Below, in pieces: positions 22,936 through 36,039 of a stretch of DNA of 64,000 nt (its first letter is position 1; each line of letters opens with the position of its first letter). The stretch is taken from contig CBDBBG010000051.1 of NCBI GenBank assembly GCA_965202585.1, positions 1 to 64,000 of the forward strand, in the 5' to 3' direction. The position numbers and the translations under genes are program-made. Below the pieces are notes generated by a model. It worked only from the letters and a program-made list of their open reading frames with translations, was not told where the DNA came from and did no database searches. Origin of the DNA: Thalia democratica. Its lineage: Eukaryota.

Positions 22936-23895
22936 TTTACGTTCTACTCTAGTTTGGCAAGATAATTTAAACTTGAAAAGTGCTTTATCACCCATTCAAG
23001 TTTATTAAAAATATTAAAAAATATAAAAAATTTGTAATTTTTTTTTATTTCTAGACACAATTTTATTTCTAATTAATGTATAGTTTTATTTTGATAGACT
23101 TGTTCAACGAAACTAATTAACAATTACAAAAACAAATACATTGTACATTGTCGTTTTATTTGATGTAAGCATTCAAAATAGTTATTGGTACATGATACTA
23201 TCTTGGTTAGGTGTGATATAATTAACAAGTTTTATAAAAGAGCTATTAAAAGCAATTAAACACGTAAATTAAGAAAATAAAACTGTACGCGTAAGATTTC
23301 ATATTGATTAATGAAACAAAAGACACTCAAGTTTACCATCAAAAGGTCGAGTTTCGAACGAAAACTTTGTTCGGTCTTATTCAAAACTATTTTTATTTTC
23401 TCACAAAGAAACCATTTATAACATTTTGTTTAAATTTTTGCAATCTATTTTTTAATGAAGTTCAAGAGAAAACTTCTAAATATGACCAAACACAAACCTT
23501 CATACGTTGGTTGTTGAGTTCCTGAAGGAAATGAGCGCTGTGTTGCGAGTTAGAACACTGTCATCAAATTTTATATAAGCGCAATTAAATGTAAACACCC
23601 ATAAGAATTTTTAGTATGTAAATTTCATTAAATGAAAACATTAAATAACTTACAAAATGTATATATAATTTGACAAAAGTATTGTTAAAGCTTTATCTTA
23701 TATTAAATAATTCTACAAGATTGTGAAACATCATTAGTTTTATACCAAAACATAATTTTAATAAAATTAACTTAGCCTTAAGACTTCACAGTTGTATGGT
23801 AAATAGATTTTTTATCAAAATAATTCATTATGGTATTGTTGCGTCATATTTCGCTAGTCAGAATTATACTCCTGAGGAATGCAGCTTAAACGTGT

Positions 23896-23969
23896 GGCCG
23901 GTTAGCTCAGTTGGTTAGAGCGTCGTGCTAATAACGCGAATGTCGCGGGTTCGATCCCCGTACTGGCCA
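23896..23969 (+). tRNA. tRNA-Ile (anticodon AAT), 74 nt
   Basis: Full cloverleaf: acceptor GGCCGGT/ACTGGCC, anticodon loop CTAATAA, T loop TTCGATC. A and B boxes intact; T7 tract 3 nt downstream. Confidence 0.96.
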
Positions 23970-23971
23970 CA

Positions 23972-23978
23972 TTTTTTT
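23972..23978 (+). terminator. Pol III oligo(dT) terminator (T7) of tRNA-Ile, overlapping nt 1-2 of tRNA-Asp (also 51814-51820)
   Basis: Sequence GGCCA-CA-TTTTTTT-CTCGTTAG; a run of 4 or more T terminates Pol III in animals. Confidence 0.8.
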
Positions 23979-24048
23979 CTCGTTAGTATAGTGGTGAGTA
24001 CTCCCGCCTGTCACGCGGGCGACCGGGGTTCGATTCCCCGACGGGAAG
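23977..24048 (+). tRNA. tRNA-Asp (anticodon GTC), 72 nt
   Basis: Acceptor TTCTCGT/ACGGGAA, discriminator G73, anticodon loop CTGTCAC, T arm CGGGG-TTCGATT-CCCCG. Confidence 0.93.
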
Positions 24049-24229
24049 ATTTCTGCATACTTAGTTTGTTAGAACCGGCATTTTTATCCATTTAGTATTT
24101 AATAGTAACAATTATAATATCATAAAGTCTATCAAATATTTTTTTTAATTTATCTAATAGTTTTCTAACAAGTGTTATAAGAAAGAACATTTTTAAGTAT
24201 ATAAAGTAATTAATGAGTTATTTGAATAA

Positions 24230-24303
24230 GTCTTCGTGGCGCAATCGGTTAGCGCGTTCGACTGTTAATCGAAAGGTTGGTGGTTCGAGCCCACACGAGG
24301 ACG
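24230..24303 (+). tRNA. tRNA-Asn (anticodon GTT), 74 nt
   Basis: Acceptor GTCTTCG/CGAGGAC, anticodon stem TTCGA/TCGAA, loop CTGTTAA. One T-stem mismatch (G49-A65). T4 tract at 24307-24310. Confidence 0.93.
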
Positions 24304-24952
24304 TACTTTTATTTGTTAGATATTGAAAAATGTGCAAAATTTTTACACCGAGCGTGTTTTCTCGCTTTCACACTTTTACAATAGCTTTAAGTTATTTTAA
24401 ACGTCCGATTCTTTACATTGAGATTCTGTCTTTTTATTTATACATAAGTATTTATTATCTTTTTTGTTTTTCAAAAAGTTCGTTTTAAGTTACTAGTTAA
24501 CCTTCAATACAAACTCATTAATAAGTAACTAACATCAAAGCGGATATACAAAAATAGTAGAGTGGCAAAAAATCCTGGAATTTTGTAGAAAAATTGCAAA
24601 AATCCTTAAATTTTTTTAATTATAGTTTTTTAACAACTTTGATAAAATAAAAAATTAAAATTGTATCTTTCTTAGACTTAAAAAAAAGTACAGAAGTTAT
24701 AATTAGTAATCGATATATTATTATTTAAAATATCATTTTAATTAATGAAACTACTTAATTACTTGCATTTTTGTTGCTTTGAATGTCAAGTCAGTCAATA
24801 AGAGCCTATTTCGGACTGGTCTAACTGAATACAATTTAGATTAAGAGAAAATTAAGTGCAAGAGCAAAATAAGAGAAGAGCCAAATAAAAATGTCTAATG
24901 TAATGTTTTATGCCCAATGTTACTTATATTAAATGTTGCAAATTTTGACATA

Positions 24953-25272
24953 CAAGTTTGCCACGGATCGAGCTGAAAAATCTTTTTTTGACTTTTCTAA
25001 ATCAAACTCTTAATAAAAACCTATTAAAAAATACGTAACTAAAGACTTGAAAGTTTAGCTTGTTTCAAAAACTCAATTAGACCCTAAAAAATGATAAATT
25101 GCAAAAGCAAATTATTTTAGAAAATAATATTATCAAAATGCAGTTTTAAGTATCGATAAACTTTTTTTTTAAGAGCATGTTGACATAAATTTCCTAAAAT
25201 TTTTCAAAAATCCCTATATTTTTCTGACTTTTGTAATTTTTACTTGTTTTTCCTGGCTTTGTGGCAACCCTG
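24953..25272. mobile_element. 320-bp MITE relic of the CAGGGTTGCCAC-ended family (also 52795-53114); related fragments at ~24561-24620 and a lone right end at 1097-1108
   Basis: Left CAAGTTTGCCAC versus reverse complement of the right end CAGGGTTGCCAC (10/12). AAAAATCCTGGAATTTTG at ~24570 resembles the subterminal sequence of the 13304 element. Confidence 0.55.
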
Positions 25273-25439
25273 AACATATTATTTAATTAAAAAGGTTGAT
25301 ACAAAAAATTAAACAGTAATAAATTTAAAATAAAAACAAATAAAATCTAGATTGTATGGCTATTTATGATATATATCAACATAAAGGCTTTTGAACAATC
25401 ACATGAGAAGAACTTTGAAAAAGTTGATTAAAATTACTA

Positions 25440-26307
25440 CAGGGCTCGTGCGCGAAATTTTTTTCATTTAGCCTGACTGAGACCAATTTAGCCTGACATT
25501 TTCTCAAAGTAAGGAAAATTCCCTTTAGATGTTATTTTAGGTATTAGGGGGTCTTGATTAGTAATATTGTAGTCTCTGATTTCAACCAGCTTTATCTCAA
25601 AAATATTTAGAGCTTTAAAAATATGCAAAAAACAACACATAGCTTAGTTACAACTCAATAAAATAAGGCTAAATTGTGAAAAAGGTGATTGATCCCCCCT
25701 ATGCCCAAAACGTAACAAACTCAGTGATAAGTTTTAAAATAAGTGTTATTACAAACTATTACTAGTGTAACAATTTAATATATATTACTTAACACAGTTG
25801 TTCAATTTAATTAAGCACTAAGTAAAAATATTATAACCAGCAGATTTATAATAAACGACGTGCATTGTGGTGTTTTATTAAAATTTAAAATGAAACGCTT
25901 ACAAGAGTATTAAAAATCAAACAAAAAGCTAAGTTGTTGAACTAAACTGTAATGTTTAAACTGTATTTTTTTATGAGTTTTCACAGTTATGACGTATATA
26001 ATCTACTCAAAAAAAATAATGAAGATTCTTAAAAACTATTTAGAGATTCAAAAACAAGTTTTAAGCATTTATTTTTACAGATACTGACTGATTTTGATTT
26101 TAATAGCTAAACCATTTTTTAGAAATAAGTTAACTTCTCAATTCGATCTTAAAAAGATTTCTCAACTTTTTTTAATCAAAAATTTTCAAGCATTTGAATT
26201 GAAAAAAAATAAAAATTCTCAAATCTTTAAATAAAAAAACTGATTTAGCCTGACGTTTTTCAAAAAAACTGATTTAGCCTGACTTAGCCTGACGCGCACG
26301 AACCCTG
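25440..26307. mobile_element. 868-bp non-autonomous DNA transposon with 15-bp TIRs (also 53282-54149)
   Basis: CAGGGCTCGTGCGCG (25440-25454) versus reverse complement of 26293-26307, CAGGGTTCGTGCGCG (14/15). Subterminal TTAGCCTGAC at 25468, 25488, 26245, 26274, 26284. No ORF inside. Confidence 0.8.
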
Positions 26308-29300
26308 TTTTTGGTTAAACTTTAGAATCCGAATCTAGTCCCAGTTATCTACAAAACTAACAGAAAAGATCATAATTTTTTTAGTAGACAAAAGTCTTTA
26401 CTTTGAAACTATAAATTAAACAAAAAAAAACAGCCTATAAAAAAACCAATTATCATTAATAAATGTATAGCATGATATACTTTTTTGAATAGAAATAAAT
26501 TTTAAATGACAGAAAAACATTTACAAGTATAGTTACAAATAAGATAAAATTAACAATAAGTTCACATTGTTGTAAAAGTTACAAAAACAGCTAGTCAGAA
26601 AAAATTTAATGACAAATCCAAACATTATTTTTCAATTTGCTTTTATTAAATGATTATTCTCTGACGGAATTAATAAAAACATGTTGAATGATTAATTCAT
26701 TTTAATTTTTAATTGTTCTTTTTATGACATAACGATATTTTCTTTTGCTTTATCTGCACTTTTTTCAATTTTTACCAATCAGTTTTGTTCTTACTGTTTT
26801 AATTTTTGTATATTATCTTTAACGTTGAATAATAAGGTTAGGTTTCTAGTCAGCGGGCAGCCTATTGTGTAACTTTTAACATAATGGTTATATTGGACAT
26901 AAAATTTTGCAAGCCGCTTTATTTATGTTATTGTATGCTAACATGTAGTTTTTTGTTTAGCACTAAATCACAAAAATTTAACCATGGAATTATTACTACA
27001 GTTTGTTAGCAATTTCATTTTTACCAGCTTGTAGAAACTTATTTAATACTTTATCGACTTATTTTCTTAGTAAAAACTTTAATAATCAAAAATAGTGGCC
27101 GACCGGATCTCACTCTAAGGCTGTATGTTATCCACTTCTACTCTATGAAAAATGATTGAACTAAAAATCAGAAGTTGTCGGTCTAATTACCTTTAATCGT
27201 TAACTGTAACGTAACTAAACGTAAGAAACACTGAAATTAAATCTAAAAGGTAAGCTCTGAATCAAAATAATCTTTACAAAACATTAAAACTAATTTTGTT
27301 AAAATACACGTAATAGGTAAAATTTTTGATATAAACATATTGAATATTTATATGCATCTTGCTTCTGATATTTTTAAAAAAAAGTATTCTATATTTTCAT
27401 GATAACTATAACATAGTTTAATTTAATAATTTTATGATAACTAAGATTTAGTTAATTCGAATTGTTTTTCTAAACCAGATTTTTCCAAACTTTATTTTTC
27501 AAAACGACTTCTTTAAATAAATTCACTAAGCTATGGTCCCCTCTACTAAGATTTCTCAAAAAACTACCATTAAAAAACGGCTAAGACCTTTTTTTTTGCT
27601 CTTTATCATCAAATCCGGGATACCTAGTGTAATTAAAAACAACGTGCTTGAAAAAAAAGTCTTACCTAAGGTAGTTTTGAAACTTTCAGTATACATTCTG
27701 GAATTAATGACAAAGAGCAAAATAAGAAAAAATAAAAATATTTTAAAAGTATTTTAGACTTACACTATATATATCAAAAAAAAATTTTGAAAATTAAACT
27801 AGGCATAAAATAAAAAAAAAATCACAAATTTCATTATATCTGAAAATCTTAATTTCAAATAAAACCCGGATCCGGCAGAATACTAATTTTATGGATTCAG
27901 TAGATAATTTACAAACAATTTTTGTAATCAAATAATTTATTCAAAACTACTGACTTTAGAATATATTATCAAAATAAAAACTATTTAAATTAGCTTAAAA
28001 AAGTAAATAAATATTTTGTTTAAATGATAAATTTTATTTAAACAAACTCATAATAACACATTAGCATTTATTTATCGTTAAGTATGTTATCAAAAAACTA
28101 TCCAAAATATTGCGAATAAATTTATGATTAGTAATAAAAGTAACTGAAGCTTCTAATACAAGCATGAAATACTTTGCAAAAACTTATATTACAATAGCAG
28201 AACTTTATAAAAACATCAGTTACTACACATAGTATGCTATAAAACTTTTTTAATATTTAACACATTAGAAATTTGATTTGAAAAACTTAAATTCAATCCA
28301 AGAATTGAATATCTTTTAGAAGATACTTGAAAAATTTAAGTTATAAGTTTATTCATTGTATATTCCAAAAACACTTATTCTGGTATTTAGAAAACATTTA
28401 AATCGAAAAAAGGTTAAACTAAAAGCTGTTGTTGTAGTGCAATTTTACAAAGTTTAAATATTTTAACTCAATAATGAAATAAAAAAGGTTACATCATATT
28501 AAAGTAGAAACATTGAAATACGAAAATTAAACAAAAGTTTTTAAACTTAATTTAATAACAGTTTTCTAAATAAACTGCATGATAAATTATGAACTCTCTA
28601 ACTATAAAACTTCAGAAAATTATCATACCTTGAAACAATAAGTACCTAAACTCTCCAATAAAAGGTTGACACGACTTGAAGAAAAACAAGTTACCATTGT
28701 TTTAGAGAAGTTAGTAAAAATACTGCTAATTAACCTTGAGTACCTAAAAATATCATTAAGATAATAAAGCTACTTAATATTTGAAAGGCAAAGATGCTTA
28801 TTAAGAAACAAAACATTTCTAAAACATAAAAACAAGACTTATTTTAAAGGTCAAGAAACATTTTAAGCAAATTAAACTTAGTTTTTTTTTGTTAATTAAA
28901 ACAAGCCTGAATTTTTTATTTACTCAGAAAAGTTATGTGTGGCAACCATGCTACGAGTTCTAAACGAATTTAAATAGATGATTAATTTTTATTTAATTGA
29001 AATTGAATAACTGTTGTGTCATAAATTTGGAACCAGTAGAAAACTTATGTACTCAATAGAGCTTTGTATATCACTCAAAATTATAGAAAGACGGTGCAAA
29101 AAAAGTTCTCTTAGTTTTTAATATTAACTTAAGTTTAAAACTTGGAAAAATGTCATGATCAAAAAAATTATCACTTACTTCAACATGTATAAAAATATTT
29201 CTGTCAAGCTTGTTTTCAGATAAAATACTTACAAAATTTCTTCTATTAGCAAAAAAGCTTAAATTTTTTCTGAGAAATATACTATCATACTTGCAAAGCA

Positions 29301-29422
29301 TTTTTTGTTTTAAACTTCTCAATCAATACGCAGGTAAAACATTAATTAAAACATACTGAATAAAATAGTAATATGATCGTGCTAAAATGCTTGCGTTCAA
29401 CATTACAACAAATCAAACATTT

Positions 29423-32400
29423 TCACGATTTAAACAAGCAGCTGAACAGTTTGGGCACCAGAACGGGCATCAACCCGGCAACCACAGCCACGATCATGTT
29501 CTTGTGCTCCCACAAAAACCCCCTGTTGCGAGAACGCCACTTTTCATGCACTTCCGCCATCCGCTCGCGACTCCTCCTGCTGATGTTCAGGCACGGCTCC
29601 ACCTCCTCCAAACCGCACTCTCCGAGCAGGGAAATCCCCGACAGCCCCATGTAGCTGTGGAGGGGGTCGGCGTGGACCTGCGGCCACTTGCCCATCCCCC
29701 CGGTCAGCGGGTCCTGGGTGGAGAGGACAAAGTGGACGGCTTCTTCCTTGGACACCGCGTCGAGGTGGCCGACAATCTTCAGGGTGGATCCGATCCAGAA
29801 GGTGTAGCAGGTGTCGTCGTCCTTGTGCGGTCGGCCGTGGAACCCGCACCGCTGCCGCCACAGCAGCCAGTTGGTCAGCTTGTCCATCTTGCTTCCGCCC
29901 AGCACCTCGTCCAGCTTGCCCATCATCTTCAGCGAAGCCACCGCGCAGAACGTCGACCCGCCGTGGCTCTCGTTGCATCGTCCCTGGCCGAAACCTGTCG
30001 TTTGAAAGTTGATGGGTTTTTCACATCTCGCTTGGTTTTAATACTTTTTCAAAGGTTGTATAGTTAACATGGTATGAGAAAACGCTAGTGATTTTAAATA
30101 AAACAGCTGAAAGAATTTTTGAAGATTAAAATATATTTTCAAATTTTTATTGTTACATTATTATACGTTTTACTTTGTTCATATGTTATTCTACAACACT
30201 AACCTCCGTCGTAGGAGAAACTGCTCGCGATGAACTCACACGCTTTTGTGACGTCGACGCACGAGAAGTCGTTGAGTATGGTGCACACGCACATGGCGCA
30301 GTACATGAACCTCATGTCCCTCTCGCCATTTTCCACGCACATCTCCTTGAAACCACCGTCTTCCAGCTGGAGGGCTCTGATGCCTTCCAAGCAGCCTTTT
30401 CTGTTGATGAGTCAGTTGCTTGTTGCGTTAAGAAAAGAAATTGCTGTTTAGCACGTTTTGGTTTATTTTTTCTCAAAATAAGCGCTTGTGTTTATGTCAG
30501 TTTTGTTATACTTTCATTGCCTTGTATAAACACCACTATTGGTATCTTAAAAGTGCATACATCCATGTAGTTTATATTATTGAAGTTTGTGATTTAGTTA
30601 AAATTTAAGTGAAAATTAAAATGAGTCAATAGATAGAGATCTTTTTAAATATACACTTTATTGCCAATGATGTCATTAAAACAGAGAAATTCAAGTCTTG
30701 ATGCTAACAAGTTTTACATCAGTGACTTTATACTTAAAGTAAAATACATTATTGACACTTAAAAAAAATACTGAGAAAGTCATGTAACTTGTTATAAATT
30801 ATAAAAAGTTACTCAGTATAGTACACATTATTACACTCTTAGTTTTTTAATCAACACAACTTCTGAAGTAGTAAAACTTACTTAAGAAACTTTTTAACAG
30901 AAGTATCTAATACAGTTAAAACAAAACTTTTTATACTTAATATACGTATAACTAATATATTAACATTGAATTACTAGTCTACATTAACGCTAACAAGTAA
31001 TAGAAACAGAATCAAAACATGAAAACATTACTTTGCTGAAAAGAAAACTGCTGACTATCTTTGAATCAGTTTTGCTAAAAATAAAGAATGCTAGTATATG
31101 ACAAAGGTAGCTAAAGGCTTTATGTTAAAGTTTATCTTAATATAAATTAATATATAATGATATCAAAGATTAAATATACACCATAGCTTTACTGAGTGGA
31201 AACTTTATTTTTAATTTATTATATTTATTATAAACGAACATGTTCTATATCCTGTATATGATTATTGACTGTTAGAAAATAACACTGAAATAACTTTGAA
31301 AAATTAAAACAAATTAGTATGATTTAATTAATAGCTATAAAAGTTGACTTTTAGTACAGGCATCTTACATTTTTTTTAAACATGAATTTGCAATGTCTAT
31401 AACTGAAAATCTGTTTATAAAGCTATAAAAATTCAATGTTATATAAAAATTATAATGTTATTGTAGTAGTTTAATTAAAATAAATTAAACAAATGTTTGA
31501 TTGCTTATTATGTAACCTTTGAAAAAAAGTTTTAAATATATTTTCATAATCTTTTTTTGATTGAAAACTTTTGAAGTTTTATGTTTATTAAGCAAAATGT
31601 TATGAACACAAACAAATTTTAAATCTAATTTAAACCTACTTTATAAATCACTGTAAAAATATTTTTAAATGCAGAAACTAGCGCATGTAGCAAAAAAAAA
31701 ATAAATTGGTGATAATTTTAGTTCAAGAATTTTTCTTTTTAACTTGAAGAATTTTTTGATCAACTCTGAGAGTGTTTGATAATTTAAATTTTAAATAACA
31801 TTTAAAATGATAACAAACCTTTTTTTAAATCAAAGTCTATCGCTGTTAGACTAAAAGTTTTCTCAAAAATAGTTAATAAGCTAGTATAAAATTTAAAAAA
31901 TTTTAAAGATGCAAAACTTTACTAAATTTGTCTCCATAATATTTATCAAATTTATAAGAAAAGGTAATCAGACATTGTCAAACACAACTAATCAACTCTT
32001 ATCAAATTATATAAAAAAAAAACAGTTCAATTAATCAACTAAACAAATCTTATAGTACTTAAGATTTAGAAAGGACAAAAAAAAAGTACAAACCTGTCAA
32101 CTCTTGACAAGTCATCCCCCAATATCAGCAATATCGACAGGGCGCAGTAAGTCATGGCAACGTGGGACGTGTTGTTTCCATTATCACACGCCCCATTAGA
32201 ATCCCCTCCCATGAAACCGCACCTGTGCAAGTTGTCCCCGCTCTCATTGGATACTATCTGCAGCGAGTATATCCAATCGACAAGCTCTTCCTGATCTTTC
32301 AACACGTGGAGGGAATCCAACACGTCCAATGCCGACACGCAGAAGAAAATGATGGTGAGGCGTTGCGAGTCGAGCACACACATCTGGCTGGGCAGGGTGT

Positions 32401-32452
32401 TGAGGACCCGCGTGAAGTACTTGACGTGCTTCTCCTTGTAGAAATCACTCAT
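29423..32452 (-). CDS. PGGT1B: PGGT1B copy B, exons 32452-32094, 30400-30204, 29994-29423
   Basis: Same translations as copy A at +27,842. Confidence 0.96.
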
Positions 32453-33962
32453 GTGTTCGTTTTAATTTAAATTTTGCAATAATCTGTATGCAAAAGGTAG
32501 AAGTAGAATTTGATATAAGATTTTTTAAAGAGAATATTATACTTAGTAAAAGTAGAAAAAAATCCCATGACCTCAAAATTTACTACTTAACCTATCAAAC
32601 TAAAGAATACAATGCTTTATCATTTTTTGTTAACTTTTAACATTTTCTTTTTAGTAAACTGATTAGTCTATATTTGCAACATGGATATTTTGTTTAGAAG
32701 ATAAGACTTAACATAATTGTTCTCAGTAAAACCTGGGTAAAAATAAAAAGCAGATGTATGTAAGTGAACTACTATATCTATTTCCAAGTATAAGTATATT
32801 TTTCATTTTTAGAAAAAAAAAACTATTTTGTTGAGATATGAAGTAAAATTATTTGAAATATCTTCATCAGTCAACTTACTAAGTGAAAATAACAATGGTA
32901 TATGTTCAAGTACAAGTATATATAAATTGTGGAAAGCCTCAAGCTATCACTTGTATAACTTTATTATGTTGTTAACTATTTGACTTTTGAGGGTATCACT
33001 TTGCTAAAAATTAAATGTTGAGGAAAATGTGCAGGTTTAATACTATAATGTAAAAGTCTTAAAAATGTTGTACACAAACTTTGAAACAAGAGTCTGGGTT
33101 AGTTTAGTTGATTCACCTAGCCAAAAAAAAATTGTTATGATCAAAAGTGGTAACACTTTTTTAAGTAAACACTTTTCAAAAAAATAGAAATAACTGTATG
33201 ATGTGTAATTGTCTGAAACTGCTTGCAATATTTGCTTGTAAAAAGAGCTGTTAATTACAACTTCATAGTTGAAATATTTTTGGTTTTAATACAGATAAAG
33301 CATAAGTTAAAAACAAAAAATACATTGTGTAAGATGAATAGAATTTACTAATTTATAATACAATAGATTAAGTTAAAAAAATTCAGGACCAAGTAAAATA
33401 AATGACCCAAACTTTTGACAAGTTAAAAAATGACCTCGAAAGTGTCATTAAGTAAAAATAATGATCCCAGATATATTTTTACAACAAAAATTAACTATTT
33501 TCAATTAATTTTCACTTTGGTCACTTTTGCAACAATAAAAATTTTGCAGGAATAAAAATAAAAACTTATCAAAAAATACCAACCAAGGATGAGGGTTAAG
33601 GGTAACAGTAATAATAAAAAAATATCGACCAAAAGTAAGGGGTAACAATGATAGTTAAAAAATAGTGATATTAAATATGTATACACTTATAATATAAATA
33701 ATAATTTTTAATTACTGACCAAGTGTAAGGGTTATGGGTAACAATGATAATTAAAGAATTAAGTAAAAATAATGAACCCAAAAATTGAACAAGTAAATAA
33801 TATGTCCCTAGAAAAATTTGGATTGAGTAAAAATAATGACCCAAAAGTCATTTATTTTACTTGATTTCAAAAACAAAAACAATAGTAAAATCCAACAGAC
33901 AGATATTTCAACTTGTTGTATGGACATGTGATAAAATAAAATAAATTTAAAAGATCACTTAC

Positions 33963-34118
33963 AAACTTTCTTGTATGAACTTGAGTCCCTCACTCCTATA
34001 CCTCAACTCAGTTTCAGAAGGAATTCCATCTTCAAAACTAGATGTTTTCTTCAGACCAGCCTTCTCCTAATACCAAATAGGCTTGCTCAGTTTATAGAAG
34101 GTTTTTTGGTGATGACAT
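33963..34118 (-). pseudogene. CCNK: Cyclin K pseudo-exon, copy B
   Basis: Same sequence as 6121-6276. Confidence 0.82.
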
Positions 34119-35492
34119 TAAGTTGGTTTTAATATATTTTCTGTTAGAAGTTTAATAATTTGTAATACTAAGCTTTTACTTGTGTTGGGTATCTTGATAA
34201 AAATTTTCTTTTTATATAAATTAGTTTGTCTGTTTGTACTTAAAAGAATTTATAATTAGTTGTATGGTTTGAAAGTTTCAATGAGTTTAAAGATAAATTT
34301 AAGTTAATATAAATGAAACATTTTAGACCTCACAGCTCACAAGTAGTTAATGTTCATAACTTTTCAAAAACAGACTAAGTTCTAAGACATAATTAGTCTA
34401 GCAACATAAAAAGTTTTTACAGCAGTATTATATCAGCACTTATTTAATTAAATAAACCAAATAAATGAGTTATGAAAAATTTAAACCGATAATATTTGTG
34501 GCTTAAAACTGAACTTGAACAATTTCAGAAATATCTTAATATAATGATGGCACAATCATTCATGAATATTTTGATAATTGTGTCTTTATTTAGCATTCAC
34601 TCACTATGAACAATGTGGCTTTTTATTTTCTACCTGCTTCAAAAAGTTGTTATATCAGTGACTACAAAAACTCAGTAGTTTTGGCAAATATGGCAAAACG
34701 ATTGAAACTAAATTATAACTAAAATGAGTTTGCAAAAGTAAAGTGTAATGATATTACCTGATGAAAATAAAGGCTTTAAGCTAAATATAATTAATCTTAT
34801 GCAAATTGTTAAGTAATAAACATGTTTAAAGAAAATAGAAAAAAAAAAATTGTAAAATTTAGAGTTGAGAACTTAGTTTATACTTTTTTATGAAGTTGTC
34901 AATGTAGTTTATATGAGCACAATGAATTACTGTAGCTTAAATATTAAACAATACGTTCAACCAATTATCTTTACTGCAGTAAAAAATGTAGAAATTAAGA
35001 AAAACTTCAAAAGAACAAACTGAAATGAAAATAAAATATAAACAATTTATTTTTTACCAAAAAAAAAAGTATCTAAGGTTTAACATTATGTAAAATAAAA
35101 AGTATTTAGTGATCGAAAAAGCTAAAAACCACCCTGCTGTGCTAAGATAGTGTTTCAATTTGTAGTTTTTATGAATTTTGTAAAATCTTACATTTTAATG
35201 TGACATCACAACTAAATAGTGTTTTGCAAAATTATTTTTTTCAATGAATATTCATTTGAGAAAAGCACTTGTAGTAAAAACAGCTCTAGATGCTGTAAGT
35301 GTAAAGTAACTCTAAATCTTTTTTTTTCTTTTTTATACTGTCTATGTGAGCTACTTAAGCAAACTCTATTTGATTGTCAATATTCTTGAAGATAAAACTT
35401 GATAGTTGTGGCTCATTTTATCTTCTAAAAATCTTATGTTTGTACATTGTGTGAGTAAGTTTAAGAAAGCATTTGACCTAGTTTGGGAACCA

Positions 35493-36039
35493 ACAGTCTT
35501 GAAAGTTTATGTTGATAATCTATACTATTTCTCATGCAAATTCTTTAAAAAATGTTTTTAATTTATCTTCTAATTCATCATATAATGCATTCATTGTACT
35601 TACAGTCTTGAAAGTTTATGTTGATAAAATATACTATCTCTCATGCAAATTCTTTGAAAAAAGTCTTTATTTTATCTTCTAATTCATCATATAATGCATT
35701 CATTGTACTTACAGTCTTGAAAGTTTATGTTGATAATCTATACTATTTCTCATGCAAATTCATTGAAAAAGTCTTTATTTTATCTTCTTATTCATCATAT
35801 AATGCATTCATTGTACTTACAGTCTTGAAAGTTTATGTTGATAACATATACTATCTCTCATGCAAATTCTTTGAAAAAAGTCTTTATTTTATCTTTTAAT
35901 TCATCATATAATGCATTCATTGTACTTACAGTCTTGAAAGTTTATGTTGATAATATATACTATTTCTCATGCAAATTCTTTGAAAAAATTCTTTATTTTA
36001 TCTTTTAATTCATCATATAATGCACTCATTATACTTACA
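35493..36039. repeat. 109-bp tandem repeat, copy B
   Basis: Same as 7651-8197. Confidence 0.95.

Larger units (their letters stand above)
1..27861. repeat. Copy A of a 27,842-bp tandem segmental repeat (its first ~620 bp are a diverged variant)
   Basis: All ORFs recur at +27,842 (e.g. 1229/29071/56913; 27533/55375). The opening sequence aaacccggatccggcagaatac recurs at 27862 and 55704. Confidence 0.98.

Noticed and set aside
27097-27900. CCGGATC/GGATCCGG motifs near the unit junction as a defined transposon end
   Set aside because: They resemble MITE fragments, but I could not pair them into termini or find a TSD.
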